Positions 47,386 to 58,819 of a stretch of DNA of 64,000 nucleotides are shown here, piece by piece; within the stretch, counting starts at the first letter, position 1, and each line of letters starts with the position of its first letter. The DNA is taken from assembly GCA_963726195.1 (NCBI GenBank), contig CAVSBO010000016.1, positions 1 through 64,000 on the forward strand. Direction: 5' to 3'. The position numbers and the translations under genes were made by a program. The stretch is from Candidatus Thorarchaeota archaeon. Lineage in GTDB: Archaea > Asgardarchaeota > Thorarchaeia > Thorarchaeales > Thorarchaeaceae. A model generated the notes under the pieces. That model saw only the letters and a program-made list of their open reading frames with translations. It searched no databases and had not been told where the DNA came from.

Positions 47386-48886
47386 TCACCTCGAAAAGGT
47401 CTGCTATCAGACTCTCTGTGGGCGGGACATCAGTCCCTGCGAGCGACGCACCAAACTTTGCTACTAATCCGAACGACTTGGCGAACTCGTGCATCCTCTT
47501 CCTATTGCGACTCTGATGACCCAATTCCTTTGCTGACTTCGACAAGTCCCTGACAAGTCCCTTGAGAAGAGCAAGCGCTTCGGCCTCAATCTCGGGTACA
47601 GGAGCAATTGACTGCTTTCCGGCGGCCCTGTAAGGTATCCTAGTTGAAGACAGGTGAAAGAAGACATAGATTTGGTGAAGGCTACGAGAAGAGTATCTCG
47701 ACCAGTCAATCTTCCTTAATACCTTGGTAAAGACATCCTCGCTTGCATCATATAGAAGGGGAACCTTGTTCGCGAACCTATACAGAAGGGGAACATCTGA
47801 CTCCGCGCCATGACCGCCTAAGGCCAATACCCCTTCGATGATGAAGGGATTACCTTCCCATTCGGACGGCCCCCTCTGACCATAGCTGCAGAATGATACA
47901 GGAAATATGGACTTCACCGATGTTAGAAATGACTCTCTACCCAGAGGACTTAGGCAAGTACCATCCGGGCGTGCAAACCCGTCGAAGTTCCTTAGAGCCG
48001 TGCTGAGTCGCGAGATTTCCTCACGGTCGAGAGAACAACCAGTCTTTCGCGAGTCAAGTGCTGCGTGTCTTAGTAGTCGCGTAGCAGTATGATCACCGAT
48101 TTGCTGGAAAGAGCCTGTCAGAATGCTTCGTATAGGTTTCTCCCCGTTCTTCGCTATCAATCTCCTGAGCATTTCCAGGTCTGCGGCCCGGGGATGCGGC
48201 TTCGAAACCATAGGAACGTACGGAGGCTGTTCGGTCCACCGTCCTAACTCAGCTTGTGTGATGCCATTGACTCTGAGTATGATCCTCGCATGAGGACTGG
48301 AAACCGTAGTCATGCGCAGGTACTCAATGATTCTGTCTTGAGCGCGTTTCAAATCGCCTTTGATGTGTATGGTCACAGTGGTCCCCGGACCCTCCCGATC
48401 CAGAGCAGTCTCCGATTCCACGACTGGTTCATTGCGTTCTATATCAATCAACAACCTGAACACACGACCTCCGGTACTTCCAATCTGAGTGTGCACCTCT
48501 ACAGCATGCTCTGTCGTGATTTGGCCATACAGAACTGCCATTGTGGCCCCGAGGCCGAAGGTACCACGTTTCTGGCGAGCTTCATACTTGCTTCCGTACA
48601 GCATTCTTGCAAAAGCTTCTGGCACATGTTCGTAAGGGACTCCAGTTCCGTTGTCAGCAGCAGTAACGGAGACAAGACCTGGAGATTCATCAACCAAGTC
48701 GATTAAAATGACTGGCAGACGGCCGGAATCCTCACAAGCATCAAGACTATTCTCTACAAGCTCTCTCATAGTTGAGTACACAGCTAGGGTGGCGTTCCCA
48801 AAGCCGGCCATGTGGCGGTTTCTGTAGAAGAACTCTGCAGGCGATATGCTATTGAAGCTACCCGCCAACTGCACCTCTTCATTCAT
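47363..48886 (-). CDS. top6B: DNA topoisomerase VI subunit B
   Basis: ELVENSLDA, DNGTG, RGTFGLG and RFANKVPLLY motifs. Confidence 0.95.
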   Translation of the reverse strand: MNEEVQLAGSFNSISPAEFFYRNRHMAGFGNATLAVYSTMRELVENSLDACEDSGRLPVILIDLVDESPGLVSVTAADNGTGVPYEHVPEAFARMLYGSKYEARQKRGTFGLGATMAVLYGQITTEHAVEVHTQIGSTGGRVFRLLIDIERNEPVVESETALDREGPGTTVTIHIKGDLKRAQDRIIEYLRMTTVSSPHARIILRVNGITQAELGRWTEQPPYVPMVSKPHPRAADLEMLRRLIAKNGEKPIRSILTGSFQQIGDHTATRLLRHAALDSRKTGCSLDREEISRLSTALRNFDGFARPDGTCLSPLGRESFLTSVKSIFPVSFCSYGQRGPSEWEGNPFIIEGVLALGGHGAESDVPLLYRFANKVPLLYDASEDVFTKVLRKIDWSRYSSRSLHQIYVFFHLSSTRIPYRAAGKQSIAPVPEIEAEALALLKGLVRDLSKSAKELGHQSRNRKRMHEFAKSFGLVAKFGASLAGTDVPPTESLIADLFEVSGDDRVE

Positions 48887-48948
48887 GATGCTCGCGGCGA
48901 GGATTCGCTTGGATATCTTATTAGAGCCGGTATTACGAGATGCTCAAA

Positions 48949-49527
48949 TCATTGCTCTGATTTTTCCCATATCTCTGCCCTATCCCGATTCATGGCCCTT
49001 CGCATGCTTTCGAGGTATTTGTACACGTTGGCGTGCGGCAGCCCCTCAATCAGCATATTGATGGCTCGCGCGGCATACTCGATACCGGGGTCAATTCCTA
49101 TTATGGAAACCGTGTGACCATACACCGATATCTTGGCCTCGGTGATTTCCTCCACGGCTCTCCTTGTACGACCTCGCTCCCCGATTATTCTGCCAGCGAC
49201 TCTCTTCAACTGATCTGGTGAGGCGCCGACGCTATCACGCAATGATATTATGAGTAGTCTCGAGTCCTCGTCGACCAGAGTTAACGCATTGCTGGGACTG
49301 AAACCCCTTGCCATAGCACGCACAATATCTCGAGCTTTCCAAGCAAGGACTGGATCAGCAGCATCCGGTGCCGCTGTAATCGTTACAGCGCCATCCGGAT
49401 CAACTTCAAGCTGAACATTGGTAAGCTCCTCAACTCTTCTCTTGACTCTGCCATCGTGGCCTACTATGACGCCGATTCTTTCCACCGGCACCTTGATGGT
49501 TTCACGAAATGCCATTGTCATGCTCAC
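48949..49527 (-). CDS. KH-domain pre-rRNA processing protein Dim2/Pno1
   Basis: RIGVIVG, ARGFSP and GRIIGERGRTR motifs. Confidence 0.9.
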   Translation of the reverse strand: MSMTMAFRETIKVPVERIGVIVGHDGRVKRRVEELTNVQLEVDPDGAVTITAAPDAADPVLAWKARDIVRAMARGFSPSNALTLVDEDSRLLIISLRDSVGASPDQLKRVAGRIIGERGRTRRAVEEITEAKISVYGHTVSIIGIDPGIEYAARAINMLIEGLPHANVYKYLESMRRAMNRDRAEIWEKSEQ

Positions 49528-50326
49528 CAGAGGATAGGATGTATTTCATTATTACACGAGGATCTTCAGGTTCGACTCCTAGCTTCGCGAAGAAACTTGT
49601 TATGTTTTGAAGGTCTCGGTAGAGATATCGTTGTGCATTGGGGTGACTAGTCAACACAGCCTGCGAGACGTCGATTATCACAGGCCCATCATGCCACAGG
49701 ATATTGTACTCACTCAAATCGGCATGGACCAAGTCGGCCTTCTTGTAACCGTTCTCAATCATCTGCATTATTTCGTCGTATGTGTCCACTGGCGAAGGGA
49801 TTGTAACGTTCTTCAAGAGAGGGGCAGCGGTACCAGTTTCGATATCGCCGATAAACTCCATGACAAGCACATTTCGTTCTATGTCGATTGGTTGGGGTAC
49901 TCTGACTCCGGCTTCGTGGTACCGCCGAAGATTCTTGTACTCTTTGAGCGCCCACATAGGTATTAGTGACCTGTGCCTGCGCCGAACATTCTTGAAACGT
50001 GGATCGCCAATGATGTAATCAAGCATGAAGTCCGACTCAGCGGTAGTCACTCTGTATATCTTAACTGCCACAGACCTTCCATCTCGGTCTTCTCCGCGGT
50101 AGACACCCGCTTCCTTGCCGGTACTGATCGCACCGTGGAGAGCACGAAGGGTGCCGCGGCTGAGCAGTCTGTAAACAGCCTTAAGCGTTGGAGGGTCTAT
50201 GACACCTTCTACAACCTTGAACTCGTCATCGTCCTTCCGCCTTTTCATCTTCCGGCGATCAAGGTCGGACTCAATCTGTCTGTACTTAGTATCGTCGCGC
50301 TTCAATTTCCGGCCCCGCATGGACAC
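49502..50326 (-). CDS. rio1: RIO1 Ser/Thr kinase
   Basis: ISTGKEA, AVKIY, LVHADLSEYNIL and IIDVSQAV motifs. Confidence 0.94.
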   Translation of the reverse strand: MSMRGRKLKRDDTKYRQIESDLDRRKMKRRKDDDEFKVVEGVIDPPTLKAVYRLLSRGTLRALHGAISTGKEAGVYRGEDRDGRSVAVKIYRVTTAESDFMLDYIIGDPRFKNVRRRHRSLIPMWALKEYKNLRRYHEAGVRVPQPIDIERNVLVMEFIGDIETGTAAPLLKNVTIPSPVDTYDEIMQMIENGYKKADLVHADLSEYNILWHDGPVIIDVSQAVLTSHPNAQRYLYRDLQNITSFFAKLGVEPEDPRVIMKYILSSGEHDNGIS

Positions 50327-50385
50327 TCTGGTGATAAGCCAGATGCTGCAAATTAAGCGGTCTTACATCCAAAAAGCAGTTGGTG

Positions 50386-50718
50386 TTAGAACAATTTGAG
50401 GATGCCGCGCTTCTTCAACCAGTCTCACTCGTTGTCCTTGTATCGCCAAACCACATCACATTTCTGATCTGACTGGAAGTCCCATGGTACCACTAATACC
50501 GTATCTCCTACTCTCATCCAGACTCTCTTCTTCATTCTCCCGGGAATGCGTCCGACACGGACCTCTCCATCCTCGCATCTGACTCGGACCCTGTCGAATC
50601 CGAGCATTTGGACTATTGCTCCAAACATCTCGCCTTCATTCCGCTTTGGAGCCCTCACTCTCGCGAGCTCTTCAGATGAGGAATCCGCATCGGTCTTAGC
50701 ATTCTGTTCCTTAGACAA
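50386..50718 (-). CDS. eif1a: Translation initiation factor aIF-1A (in-frame TGA at 50425-50427)
   Basis: RIPGRMKKRVWMRVGDTVLVVPWDFQ..WRY; the same frame continues past TGA as DWLKKRGILKLF*. Confidence 0.92.
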
Positions 50719-50916
50719 TATGATCCTCCGTTTCGCGGCCGGCCAGCACGGTCTTGGGCCTTTTACGTCGAATCCCTAAGACGGCATTTAAGCGTACCGA
50801 CAGGTTGCGAACTGCGACCACCACAACGAGTCTGTAGGCGACTCAGTGCGAGCGTGCTGACGAACATACTTGTCAAAGAGGCTCTTGGCTGAACTACTGG
50901 TCTTGCATCCGGCCTG

Positions 50917-52024
50917 CTATTCCGAACTCAATGGGGCAGACTTGGAGCTATCTTTAGGCAAAGCGTAGAGTCTGTTGTCAATGATAACGAAAAAGGCTGT
51001 CTCACCGGGGGACAAGTCAGGGTCTAGTTTGTCTTGATCGACTTCTGTGATTTGGAAAGTCTTTGCGTCCATCAATTGAGCCGGCTGTCCATATGAGCGT
51101 GATAGAACTTGATATTGACGCTTCTCCGACTCCGGGGCAGCGTAGGTCAACAAGCGCCAACTAGAGCTCTTTGGCGTAATCGTGAATCTCTCGCTACTTG
51201 CAAGGTCATGGCATGTTAAGCTCCCTCTGCGAACATATACAACTTGACAGGGTCGGTCACCAACCTTCACGAAGTCGCCGACAGACCATCGGGGTAGTCT
51301 GACAAGTATTGTTACGCGGTACTTCCTTTTTCCCCCCTTATCTTGGCCGGTCAATTTGTAGTTCTCTTTTCTCTCGGCCAAGTAGACATACTGAACCTGA
51401 TCTGCCACAAGCCGGCACATATGTTCCGATCCCAGTTCGAGGTCAAATCCTTTCCGCGTTCTATCTTTCTCAGTGGCATAGGCCTTTGAATCACGGCCGT
51501 ATTCATTCGCTGCGATACGGGTCACTATGGCAAGTATCTCTTCCTCCTCTTCTTCGGTGACGTCCCGGCCGTCAGCCCTAATCTGAAGGATTGCCTCGTG
51601 GTACCCGCCACTGATCATCCCACAGGTGTCACATGTGGAATAGCTGAAACGCACCTCTACAGGATAGACCTCTTCATGCGGCGCTAACGAAGGATGAGAC
51701 TGACCGAATGCTCTGAGGCGGATGTGTACTACACGGTCGAGCCTTTTTTCGATTTCATACGAAATCTCAGCTGTGTTAATCAAGCGCTTGACTTGTTGAG
51801 AAAGGAGCTTGTCTGATCTGCCGCCTCACAAGCTCATCGTCTTCAGAGGAGGAGAGAGTGATTGTTTTCCATCCGCCTGGCACCTTTATCGAACCACACC
51901 GTTTACAAGTCTGGATTTCCAGAGGTGATGTCACGTGGACTAGCTTGTGCTCGTTATTGTAACACTCGTTACAAAGACCGTCGAGCACTGCCGGCTTTCC
52001 ACAGATGTAGCAAGGAGCCGCCAG
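50917..52024 (-). CDS. nmd3: NMD3 family 60S/50S maturation protein (frame break at about 51815)
   Basis: CYICG..LCNEC, CKRCG, CDTC..GGYHEAILQIR and YRVTILVR motifs. Confidence 0.88.
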
Positions 52025-52142
52025 ATCATCACCCTATGCCCGATATCGATTTGCGCTTAAAACGTGAAGCATTCTGTCTTATCAACCGACAACGTCGGTT
52101 TGTATTCAGGTCACACTGTTGGAAGAGGACAAGGACTGATGC

Positions 52143-52442
52143 TCATAGACGGACCCACTGTGCATGTGGATGTCCGTCAATGTATATCACCGCCTGTTCA
52201 TGGACCATTCCCGCGTCAATCGCAGCCTTCACTGTGTCATTGCCAATCATGTTGGCGATTGTAGCCTTCTTGAGATGTTGGAGACATGTGTCTAACTCAA
52301 CAAGCTCTCCGCCGTAGAACTCCTCGCTGACCTTGAATTTGATTTTGCCCTCTACTAGCGTTCGACCTAGTAGATTCTTATCGCATATCGCAACTACATA
52401 GTGCTCCGATGTTTCTCGAACGCGCATATATACGGACGCCAA
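52143..52442 (-). CDS. DUF424 family protein
   Basis: VVAICDKNLLG..VSEEFYGG..ANMIG..V..AI. Confidence 0.88.
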   Translation of the reverse strand: MASVYMRVRETSEHYVVAICDKNLLGRTLVEGKIKFKVSEEFYGGELVELDTCLQHLKKATIANMIGNDTVKAAIDAGMVHEQAVIYIDGHPHAQWVRL

Positions 52443-52634
52443 TATGTGACCTCCAATGATTAGACCAGTCAGACACGTTCATGGGTGCTCACGACTGTTA
52501 AACACCAGTCACGGTCCTAGCCAACATCGTGCTTATGGAAATGCCATTACTCTCAGAAGAGATTGCTCTAGTCTGCTATAAAGTATTGTGGACCAGAACT
52601 CTGCAAGGAAAGCATTGACTGTTCAGTGCCCGCC

Positions 52635-53048
52635 CTAGACAGGCCGGATTGAAGTCCTTGCTCCACATGCGGAGCAACTCAGCCAGTACGCACTCTCGTC
52701 TCTCAATTCGCTAGTATCGGGGCGTCCGCAGACTGGGCATATCACATAGTAGTCGATATAGTGAGCCAGAACATCATCCACCGCATCGGCAGTGAACTTG
52801 CCCTGAAAGACAGCATTGCTACCCTCGAAACCGCCAGCCGTCGCAAGCTGCCCTGAGATGTACTTAAGGACCTCCTTGCCTGGTCTATTCAGGACTTCTA
52901 CGATCTCGTGAAAGTTCTGCCAGAGGCTCCTGTTTCCCTGTACCATCAACTGAACCTTCGGAACCTGAAAACGCTCTCCGGAGCGCTTGAAAGCATCAGC
53001 AGGTACCTGGGACCTAGCTCTCTGGAGAATCTTCTCGTAGTCGTCCAT
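52635..53048 (-). CDS. eif2b: Translation initiation factor 2 beta subunit
   Basis: YEKILQRA, ERFQVP and CPVCGRPDT..CSACGA motifs. Confidence 0.93.
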   Translation of the reverse strand: MDDYEKILQRARSQVPADAFKRSGERFQVPKVQLMVQGNRSLWQNFHEIVEVLNRPGKEVLKYISGQLATAGGFEGSNAVFQGKFTADAVDDVLAHYIDYYVICPVCGRPDTSELRDESAYWLSCSACGARTSIRPV

Positions 53049-53139
53049 GCTGTTGGCCAGACCGCTAGCGCTATTGAACCTTCTGCTACAACAGCACCTG
53101 CCGCAGGCTGCGTCTGGCTGAATATGAGCCGCACCATTG

Positions 53140-53850
53140 TTAGGTATCGGTCAATACATACCGTCCGACCTTCACTTCCCTGATTCTGTCTTCTCCCTGA
53201 AGGTCGATTACCTTTAGTTGGATATGAGATTTGGAGTGGCCCTTCTTCTCAAAGTATGCGACAATGTCTTCAATCGGCACCCCATCGGGCTTCGCATGTT
53301 TCTGAATGAATTGAAGAATCTGCTTCGATTTCAGTTCAGATGAAGTATCCTCAGCAGGAGCCTCGGATGAACTTACTGTAGGGCGGGCTTCAACAGAGAT
53401 GGCAGTGCCTATCACGTCTTCTTCTGCCAGACCAGCTTCTGCAGTAGATATCCCGCTGCGAGTAATCATAGCCCTAAGACGTTCCAGCTTATGAAGTGTG
53501 ATGTAGTTCGGATCCGTCAGTTCACGTACAATCTCGGGAACTATGTAAACCTCGTTGTCGTATTGCCTGACTTTTCCTATAATCATAACTAGTGTGTTGG
53601 GCGTAACCTTCTCCAGCGACACGGACTCGGCACCCCAAGCCTTGGCTCTGATAGTCTCCGTCCCGTCATCAATCGTCACACTCGCGTAGTTTCCTTGGCC
53701 AGTGTATTGATTCACGATGACCCCAATAAGGACCACACGCCTCAGCTCAACTCCGAATGGAGAGACTATCTTTGGTCCATCGTCCTCACTGTATGTGCCG
53801 TTAACTATGTCTGCAACAGACGTTCTGACGGCGACCAGTCGCTCTCTCAT
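53140..53850 (-). CDS. RPA32-like OB-fold protein with C-terminal winged helix
   Basis: TIDDGTETIRAKAW..IIGKVRQY; acidic linker; wHTH-like end. Confidence 0.82.
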   Translation of the reverse strand: MRERLVAVRTSVADIVNGTYSEDDGPKIVSPFGVELRRVVLIGVIVNQYTGQGNYASVTIDDGTETIRAKAWGAESVSLEKVTPNTLVMIIGKVRQYDNEVYIVPEIVRELTDPNYITLHKLERLRAMITRSGISTAEAGLAEEDVIGTAISVEARPTVSSSEAPAEDTSSELKSKQILQFIQKHAKPDGVPIEDIVAYFEKKGHSKSHIQLKVIDLQGEDRIREVKVGRYVLTDT

Positions 53851-53932
53851 GATTGCAATTCACCTGCTGGTAAGCGTTGATGTTCGAGTTGGTATTTATC
53901 GTTCTCGGAACGCAGCGACCGAGGATTGTTTG

Positions 53933-54946
53933 CTAGAAGTAGTCCGTCAACGACCTCTGGTCTGACGAACCTGCAAACTGCTTCATAGACCCTTCAACTC
54001 TGTCAAGACTGAAGTTATGGTCGTCGCAAAGGATTTTGACTATCTTCTCAGGCTCCAAAGCGGACCACCTCGGAGCTTCGAGATGTATCTTTGGCGGATT
54101 CAGGAATATGCTGCGAATCTCTTGAAACGGGAACTCCAATTTCGTGTCTGTTTCTGCCATGATTTTCTCAAGTGTGCCATGCTTTCGCACTAGCTTTAGT
54201 GCGGTTTTCTGTCCGATTCCCTTCACACCCGGGTTGTAGTCAGTACCTACTAGGATTGCTATGTCAATGAGCTGTTCTCTGGTTATGCTCAGCATCTTCA
54301 GGTTCAGGTCCAAATCTATCAGCTCGGGCTCGATTGTCTTGTACGCGTTCGATCTCGCAATGCGACGCCGCCCGCTGATTGTCAGATTACGTATCATTCT
54401 GGGGCAGTTATAGAGAAGTGAATCATTGTCTTGGCTCGCGCTGGCCCATGCATGACCTTCTCTTGCCATCTGTGCGGCAACTGCCTCGCCCTCCGAGGGA
54501 GCTTGAACGACGGGAATGCCAAGTGATGAAATCAATACCTTACTCTCGTCCACCATGTCTGACGTAAGCCTAGAACTAGCCTGCGCCGCCTTTCGAGCAT
54601 CTTCGATGCGCCCCTCCTCCTTGGCTTGCTGCCATGCTTCGTAAGCGGCGTCACGCACCTCGCGTCTGCGTTGGACCTCTCCAGCCTTCAAGACAGGAGG
54701 CGTGCCGTCGAAAACGTATACAGGACGTACACCGTTTTCAAGCAGATTGAGGTTTCTATAGAACAACCCACTAAGATGGCTGGTCACGCGGCCTTTGCTG
54801 TCCATTAGAGGGGTTCCGTCAGGCTGGCGAATTGTCGATAAGAAAGCGTAGATCGTGTTGTAAGCGTCAATTGCAATAGCACGACCTGCCAGTTGACGCA
54901 ACGATATTACATCGGCGTTGATGATATCGCCAAGCTTGGTGCCCAA
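53933..54946 (-). CDS. fen: Flap endonuclease 1
   Basis: AIDAYN, VFDG, APSEGEA and GTDYNPGVKGIG motifs; C-terminal PIP box QRSLTDYF. Confidence 0.96.
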   Translation of the reverse strand: MGTKLGDIINADVISLRQLAGRAIAIDAYNTIYAFLSTIRQPDGTPLMDSKGRVTSHLSGLFYRNLNLLENGVRPVYVFDGTPPVLKAGEVQRRREVRDAAYEAWQQAKEEGRIEDARKAAQASSRLTSDMVDESKVLISSLGIPVVQAPSEGEAVAAQMAREGHAWASASQDNDSLLYNCPRMIRNLTISGRRRIARSNAYKTIEPELIDLDLNLKMLSITREQLIDIAILVGTDYNPGVKGIGQKTALKLVRKHGTLEKIMAETDTKLEFPFQEIRSIFLNPPKIHLEAPRWSALEPEKIVKILCDDHNFSLDRVEGSMKQFAGSSDQRSLTDYF

Positions 54947-55141
54947 TGTATCAACCCCAGAATAGGGCTGCCACGCTACTCTCAGGCCGTGCATATATGG
55001 TTTGGGCGTGTCTCGCCGTGTTCCGGATATCCGTAGAGGGATTGCCAATCATCGACTCTTCGGTAGATTTATAAAAAGCACCCCGCTCGAGGCCGAAGAC
55101 CAGCACTCTCTGCCATTTCCTTGGTGATTATCTTGTCAATC

Positions 55142-55309
55142 ATGAGAGCATTCAGGTGTACTTCGTGTCACGGTTCAATCTCCCCGAGGGAGAACAGCGT
55201 CAAGTTTCAATGCCCGTCTTGCGGCAGTTTCACAATATGGCGCTGCGAGTCTTGTAGACGCTTCTCGAACAGATACAAATGTCCCAGTTGTGGTTTTGAA
55301 GGACCTTAG
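55142..55309 (+). CDS. Small double zinc-ribbon protein (DUF1610/HVO_2753-like)
   Basis: [28 protein letters not shown]; conserved position upstream of EF-1beta. Confidence 0.9.
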   Translation: MRAFRCTSCHGSISPRENSVKFQCPSCGSFTIWRCESCRRFSNRYKCPSCGFEGP

Positions 55310-55330
55310 ACACGAGAGAGTGTGATAACC

Positions 55331-55597
55331 ATGGCCAGAGTAGTGATTACCCTCAAGATTCTGCCAGAAGACGTCGATGTAAGCCTCGATGGTCTGCTCA
55401 AGCGGATAAGAAAGGTGATCCCGAAAGGGACTGAAATACGAGCAACAGAGATAGTGCCCGTGGCATTCGGCCTGAAGGCGCTCAGAATGAATGTGACCAA
55501 GGATGAATCGCTAGGCGGTACAGACGACGTCGAGGAATCAATCAAGGCCCTGAAAGGCGTGGCACAGGTCGAAGTTGAAATGGTCTCGAGGGTCTAG
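55331..55597 (+). CDS. ef1b: Elongation factor 1-beta
   Basis: KILPED..PVAFGLKAL..GGTDDVE. Confidence 0.94.
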   Translation: MARVVITLKILPEDVDVSLDGLLKRIRKVIPKGTEIRATEIVPVAFGLKALRMNVTKDESLGGTDDVEESIKALKGVAQVEVEMVSRV

Positions 55598-55812
55598 GTC
55601 AAGGGCGCTCTTTTCTTCATCTCAGAGTTTATATGAGATTTCTGCCGCGACCAGCATGACGACGCCTTATCCCCGTCCGCAATTCATTGTGGGCAGAGAA
55701 ATGCTCAAGAGAGCAGAATAGGAACAGATAACACGAAGGCGCTGGGGATACAAATTCATGCCATCGTGGTTTCTGGGAATGGAACCGATATTTCGGAGGA
55801 TGTGTCAAGCCA

Positions 55813-58005
55813 GTGGTTGAGATTGTACTCAAAGTGGCTGAGGCCGAACATAGAGACATTGGCAGATTCATCGTGAGAATTGATGCCGTGTCCATGGAGA
55901 AACTCGCGGTAAGAACAGGAGATATCATTCAAATCAAGGGTAAGAGGATGACCGCAGCCATTGCTTGGCCCGCATATCAAGGGGACAAGGGTCGCGAGAT
56001 AATCCGGATGGACGGCCGAATAAGGAGAAATGCTGGCGTAAGCCTCAGTGAGAAAGTGACGGTCGCAAGGGCAAACGAAGAACCCGCCAGAAATGTGACA
56101 CTGGCTCCAACCTCGGTGCCAATCCGTCCCGAGCCGAGATTCGAGGAATTCGTCAAACGCAAACTCCTGAACTGCCCAGTCAGTGCTCAGGATACTGTCT
56201 TTATACCGATTCTTGGACGAGCCATTCCATTCAAGGTTACATCAACAAAGCCCGCAGGCACGGTTGTGGTACAGCATTCAACAATTCTTGCAATCGCAGA
56301 GAAGCCAACTGGGGAGACAGCCGGTGCTTCTCAAGTTACATACGAGGAAATCGGCGGGCTTGCAGAGCCAATTCAGAGAATCCGAGAGATGGTTGAGCTA
56401 CCCATGCGCCATCCCGAGATTTTCAAGCGACTTGGAATAGATCCACCGCGAGGACTCATTTTGCATGGACCGCCTGGTACTGGGAAGACGCTTCTTGCCA
56501 AGGCTGTGGCCAGCGAGTCTGAAGCGAACTTCACACATATCAACGGACCGGAAATCATGTCCAAGTTCTACGGCGAGTCTGAACAAAAGCTGAGGAAGAT
56601 ATTCGAGGATGCTGAAGAAAATGCACCGAGTATTATCTTCATCGATGAGCTTGATGCCATAGCGCCGAAGAGAGAGGAAGTTCAAGGAGAGGTGGAGCGT
56701 AGAGTAGTTGCCCAGTTGCTCGCCACCATGGATGGGTTGAAGTCCAGAGGGCAAGTTGTGGTCATTGGAGTGACAAACAGGCTAAATGCGTTGGACCCAG
56801 CCCTAAGGCGGCCAGGAAGATTTGACCGGGAGATAGAGATTGGAGTTCCTACCGAGGCAGGCAGGCTAGAGGTTCTCCACATTCACTCTAGAGGTATGCC
56901 GCTGACGACCGAAGGCGACAACCGAGTTGATTTGCAGGAATTGGCCAGAGTCACACACGGTTTCGTGGGAGCTGACTTGCAGGCTCTCTGCAGAGAAGCC
57001 GCCATGAAAGCTCTGAGAAGATACCTCCCACATATCAATCTCGCAGAGGAGGAGATACCTCAGGAGGTCCTCGATCAACTCGAAGTCAATTCCGAGGATT
57101 TTTCGGGAGCACTAAGAGAAGTGCAGCCTTCTGCCGTCAGGGAGGTATACATAGAGATACCCAATGTCAGATGGGAAGAGATAGGCGGTTTGGCTGCAGA
57201 GAAGCAGGAACTAATCGAAGTGGTCGAATGGCCTCTGAAGAGACCCGATGCGTTTCGGCGCATGGGTATCAGTCCTCCGAAGGGCGTCTTGATATTTGGA
57301 CCCCCAGGATGTGGGAAGACTCTGTTGGCAAGGGCTGTAGCAACAGAGAGCGAAGCAAACTTCATCAGCGTGAAAGGGCCAGAACTCCTCTCCAAGTGGG
57401 TGGGTGAGAGTGAGAAAGCTATTCGGGAAATCTTCCGGAAAGCTAGAACTGCGGCACCAGCAATCATTTTCTTTGACGAAATCGATGCCATAGCTCCCAC
57501 AAGGGGACTCAATGCCGGTGACAGCCATGTAACCGAGAGGGTAATCAGTCAGCTCTTGACTGAGATGGATGGGTTGGAAACCACAAAGGACTTGCTTGTG
57601 CTGGCTGCCACCAATAGACCAGACCTTATTGATACAGCCCTGCTTCGTACCGGCCGATTCGATCGTTTTGTTTACGTCGGCGCGCCCGATGACAAGGGCA
57701 GGGAGGAGATATTCAAGATTTACACTGCCAGTATGCCTCTAGAGTCGGATGTTGACATCAAGAAGCTTGTCGAACTCACTCCGTATTTCGTTGGAGGAGA
57801 CATCGAAGCTCTGTGTAGAGAGGCAGGAATGCGCGCACTGAGAGACAATATGGATGCCGACAAAGTTTCTTGGAAGAACTTCGATGATGCATTGAAGTCG
57901 ATTCATCCGTCGGTGAAGCCTGAAGACCTCCAGCGCTTCCAGAAGATTAACCAAGAATTGCGCAGGACCACGACAATTTCTGTCGGGCCTCCGGGATACA
58001 TATGA
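55813..58005 (+). CDS. cdc48: CDC48/VCP family AAA+ ATPase
   Basis: N domain plus two AAA modules (GPPGTGKT and GPPGCGKT; FIDELD and FFDEID). Confidence 0.96.
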   Translation: MVEIVLKVAEAEHRDIGRFIVRIDAVSMEKLAVRTGDIIQIKGKRMTAAIAWPAYQGDKGREIIRMDGRIRRNAGVSLSEKVTVARANEEPARNVTLAPTSVPIRPEPRFEEFVKRKLLNCPVSAQDTVFIPILGRAIPFKVTSTKPAGTVVVQHSTILAIAEKPTGETAGASQVTYEEIGGLAEPIQRIREMVELPMRHPEIFKRLGIDPPRGLILHGPPGTGKTLLAKAVASESEANFTHINGPEIMSKFYGESEQKLRKIFEDAEENAPSIIFIDELDAIAPKREEVQGEVERRVVAQLLATMDGLKSRGQVVVIGVTNRLNALDPALRRPGRFDREIEIGVPTEAGRLEVLHIHSRGMPLTTEGDNRVDLQELARVTHGFVGADLQALCREAAMKALRRYLPHINLAEEEIPQEVLDQLEVNSEDFSGALREVQPSAVREVYIEIPNVRWEEIGGLAAEKQELIEVVEWPLKRPDAFRRMGISPPKGVLIFGPPGCGKTLLARAVATESEANFISVKGPELLSKWVGESEKAIREIFRKARTAAPAIIFFDEIDAIAPTRGLNAGDSHVTERVISQLLTEMDGLETTKDLLVLAATNRPDLIDTALLRTGRFDRFVYVGAPDDKGREEIFKIYTASMPLESDVDIKKLVELTPYFVGGDIEALCREAGMRALRDNMDADKVSWKNFDDALKSIHPSVKPEDLQRFQKINQELRRTTTISVGPPGYI

Positions 58006-58025
58006 GAAATGGGAAGTGATAGGAA

Positions 58026-58286
58026 TTGTCAGGTTGGAATGCAGTACCGCTCAGGAGCCTAGTAGTGACCATACTGAAGAAGCGTCACGGCGTAACGCTT
58101 GATGACGAACTGATACGCGCGCTCAAGAAGGAACTTGGAGCTGAGCCAAGCGAAGCCGAGTTAAATTCTGCGCTGATGCAGCTCGAGATTAATGGGCTCA
58201 TACACGTAAGCCAAATCACAAAGACAAAGCGGCGCATCGAGATAATCGGAGAAGGTACAGAGTTTCTGGCCGTGGACGAGGATTAG
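58026..58286 (+). CDS. Small winged-helix-like hypothetical protein
   Basis: ELNSALMQLEINGLIHV pattern; lies directly after cdc48. Confidence 0.7.
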   Translation: MSGWNAVPLRSLVVTILKKRHGVTLDDELIRALKKELGAEPSEAELNSALMQLEINGLIHVSQITKTKRRIEIIGEGTEFLAVDED

Positions 58287-58315
58287 GTGAGACTGCACCT
58301 AGGGGGCGCTTGCCT

Positions 58316-58819
58316 ATGACCGCCAAGAAAGTGCTGACTGCTGGCAAGTTCGATATCCTTCACCTTGGTCATCTGGCATATCTCGAGCAGGCAAGAAAGC
58401 TCGCCGGACCGGATGGCGAACTCATCGTTGTTGTTGCTTTGGACAAGACCATAGAGAGAGAAAGAGGGGCACCGCCCGTTTTTCCTCAGGATCAAAGGCG
58501 TCGGCTAGTCGAATCTTTGAAAATCGTAGACAAAGCAATTCTAGGTTATGATACCGATGACCACACTACAATTGTGGTTGACAACAGACCTGACATTGTC
58601 GCCTTGGGTTACGACCAAAAGACAAACATCGAAGCTTTGGAGAGAAGCATAAAGGAACACGGCCTGAATACGAAAATAGTGCGGCTCGAAAAGGGAAAGG
58701 TGAGCGGACTCTCGTCTTCCACTGTCATCAGGAGGAGAGTAATCGAGTTCTACAGCGACAATGGGCGGGAGCGACCACTCAAATCACAAGCTCGCCCCGA
58801 TCCTGAGCCTCGTGAATGA
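58316..58819 (+). CDS. ribL: FAD synthase (cytidylyltransferase family)
   Basis: GKFDILHLGH and PDIVALGYDQ motifs. Confidence 0.88.
   Translation: MTAKKVLTAGKFDILHLGHLAYLEQARKLAGPDGELIVVVALDKTIERERGAPPVFPQDQRRRLVESLKIVDKAILGYDTDDHTTIVVDNRPDIVALGYDQKTNIEALERSIKEHGLNTKIVRLEKGKVSGLSSSTVIRRRVIEFYSDNGRERPLKSQARPDPEPRE

Noticed and set aside
105-52024. Frameshifts in top1, rps19e, pfkB, tnpB #3, gcvPA and nmd3 as programmed frameshifting or pseudogenisation
   Set aside because: They hit essential genes, have mixed signs, lie in homopolymer or GA-rich tracts, and lack a common slippery site. Long-read assembly errors explain them best.
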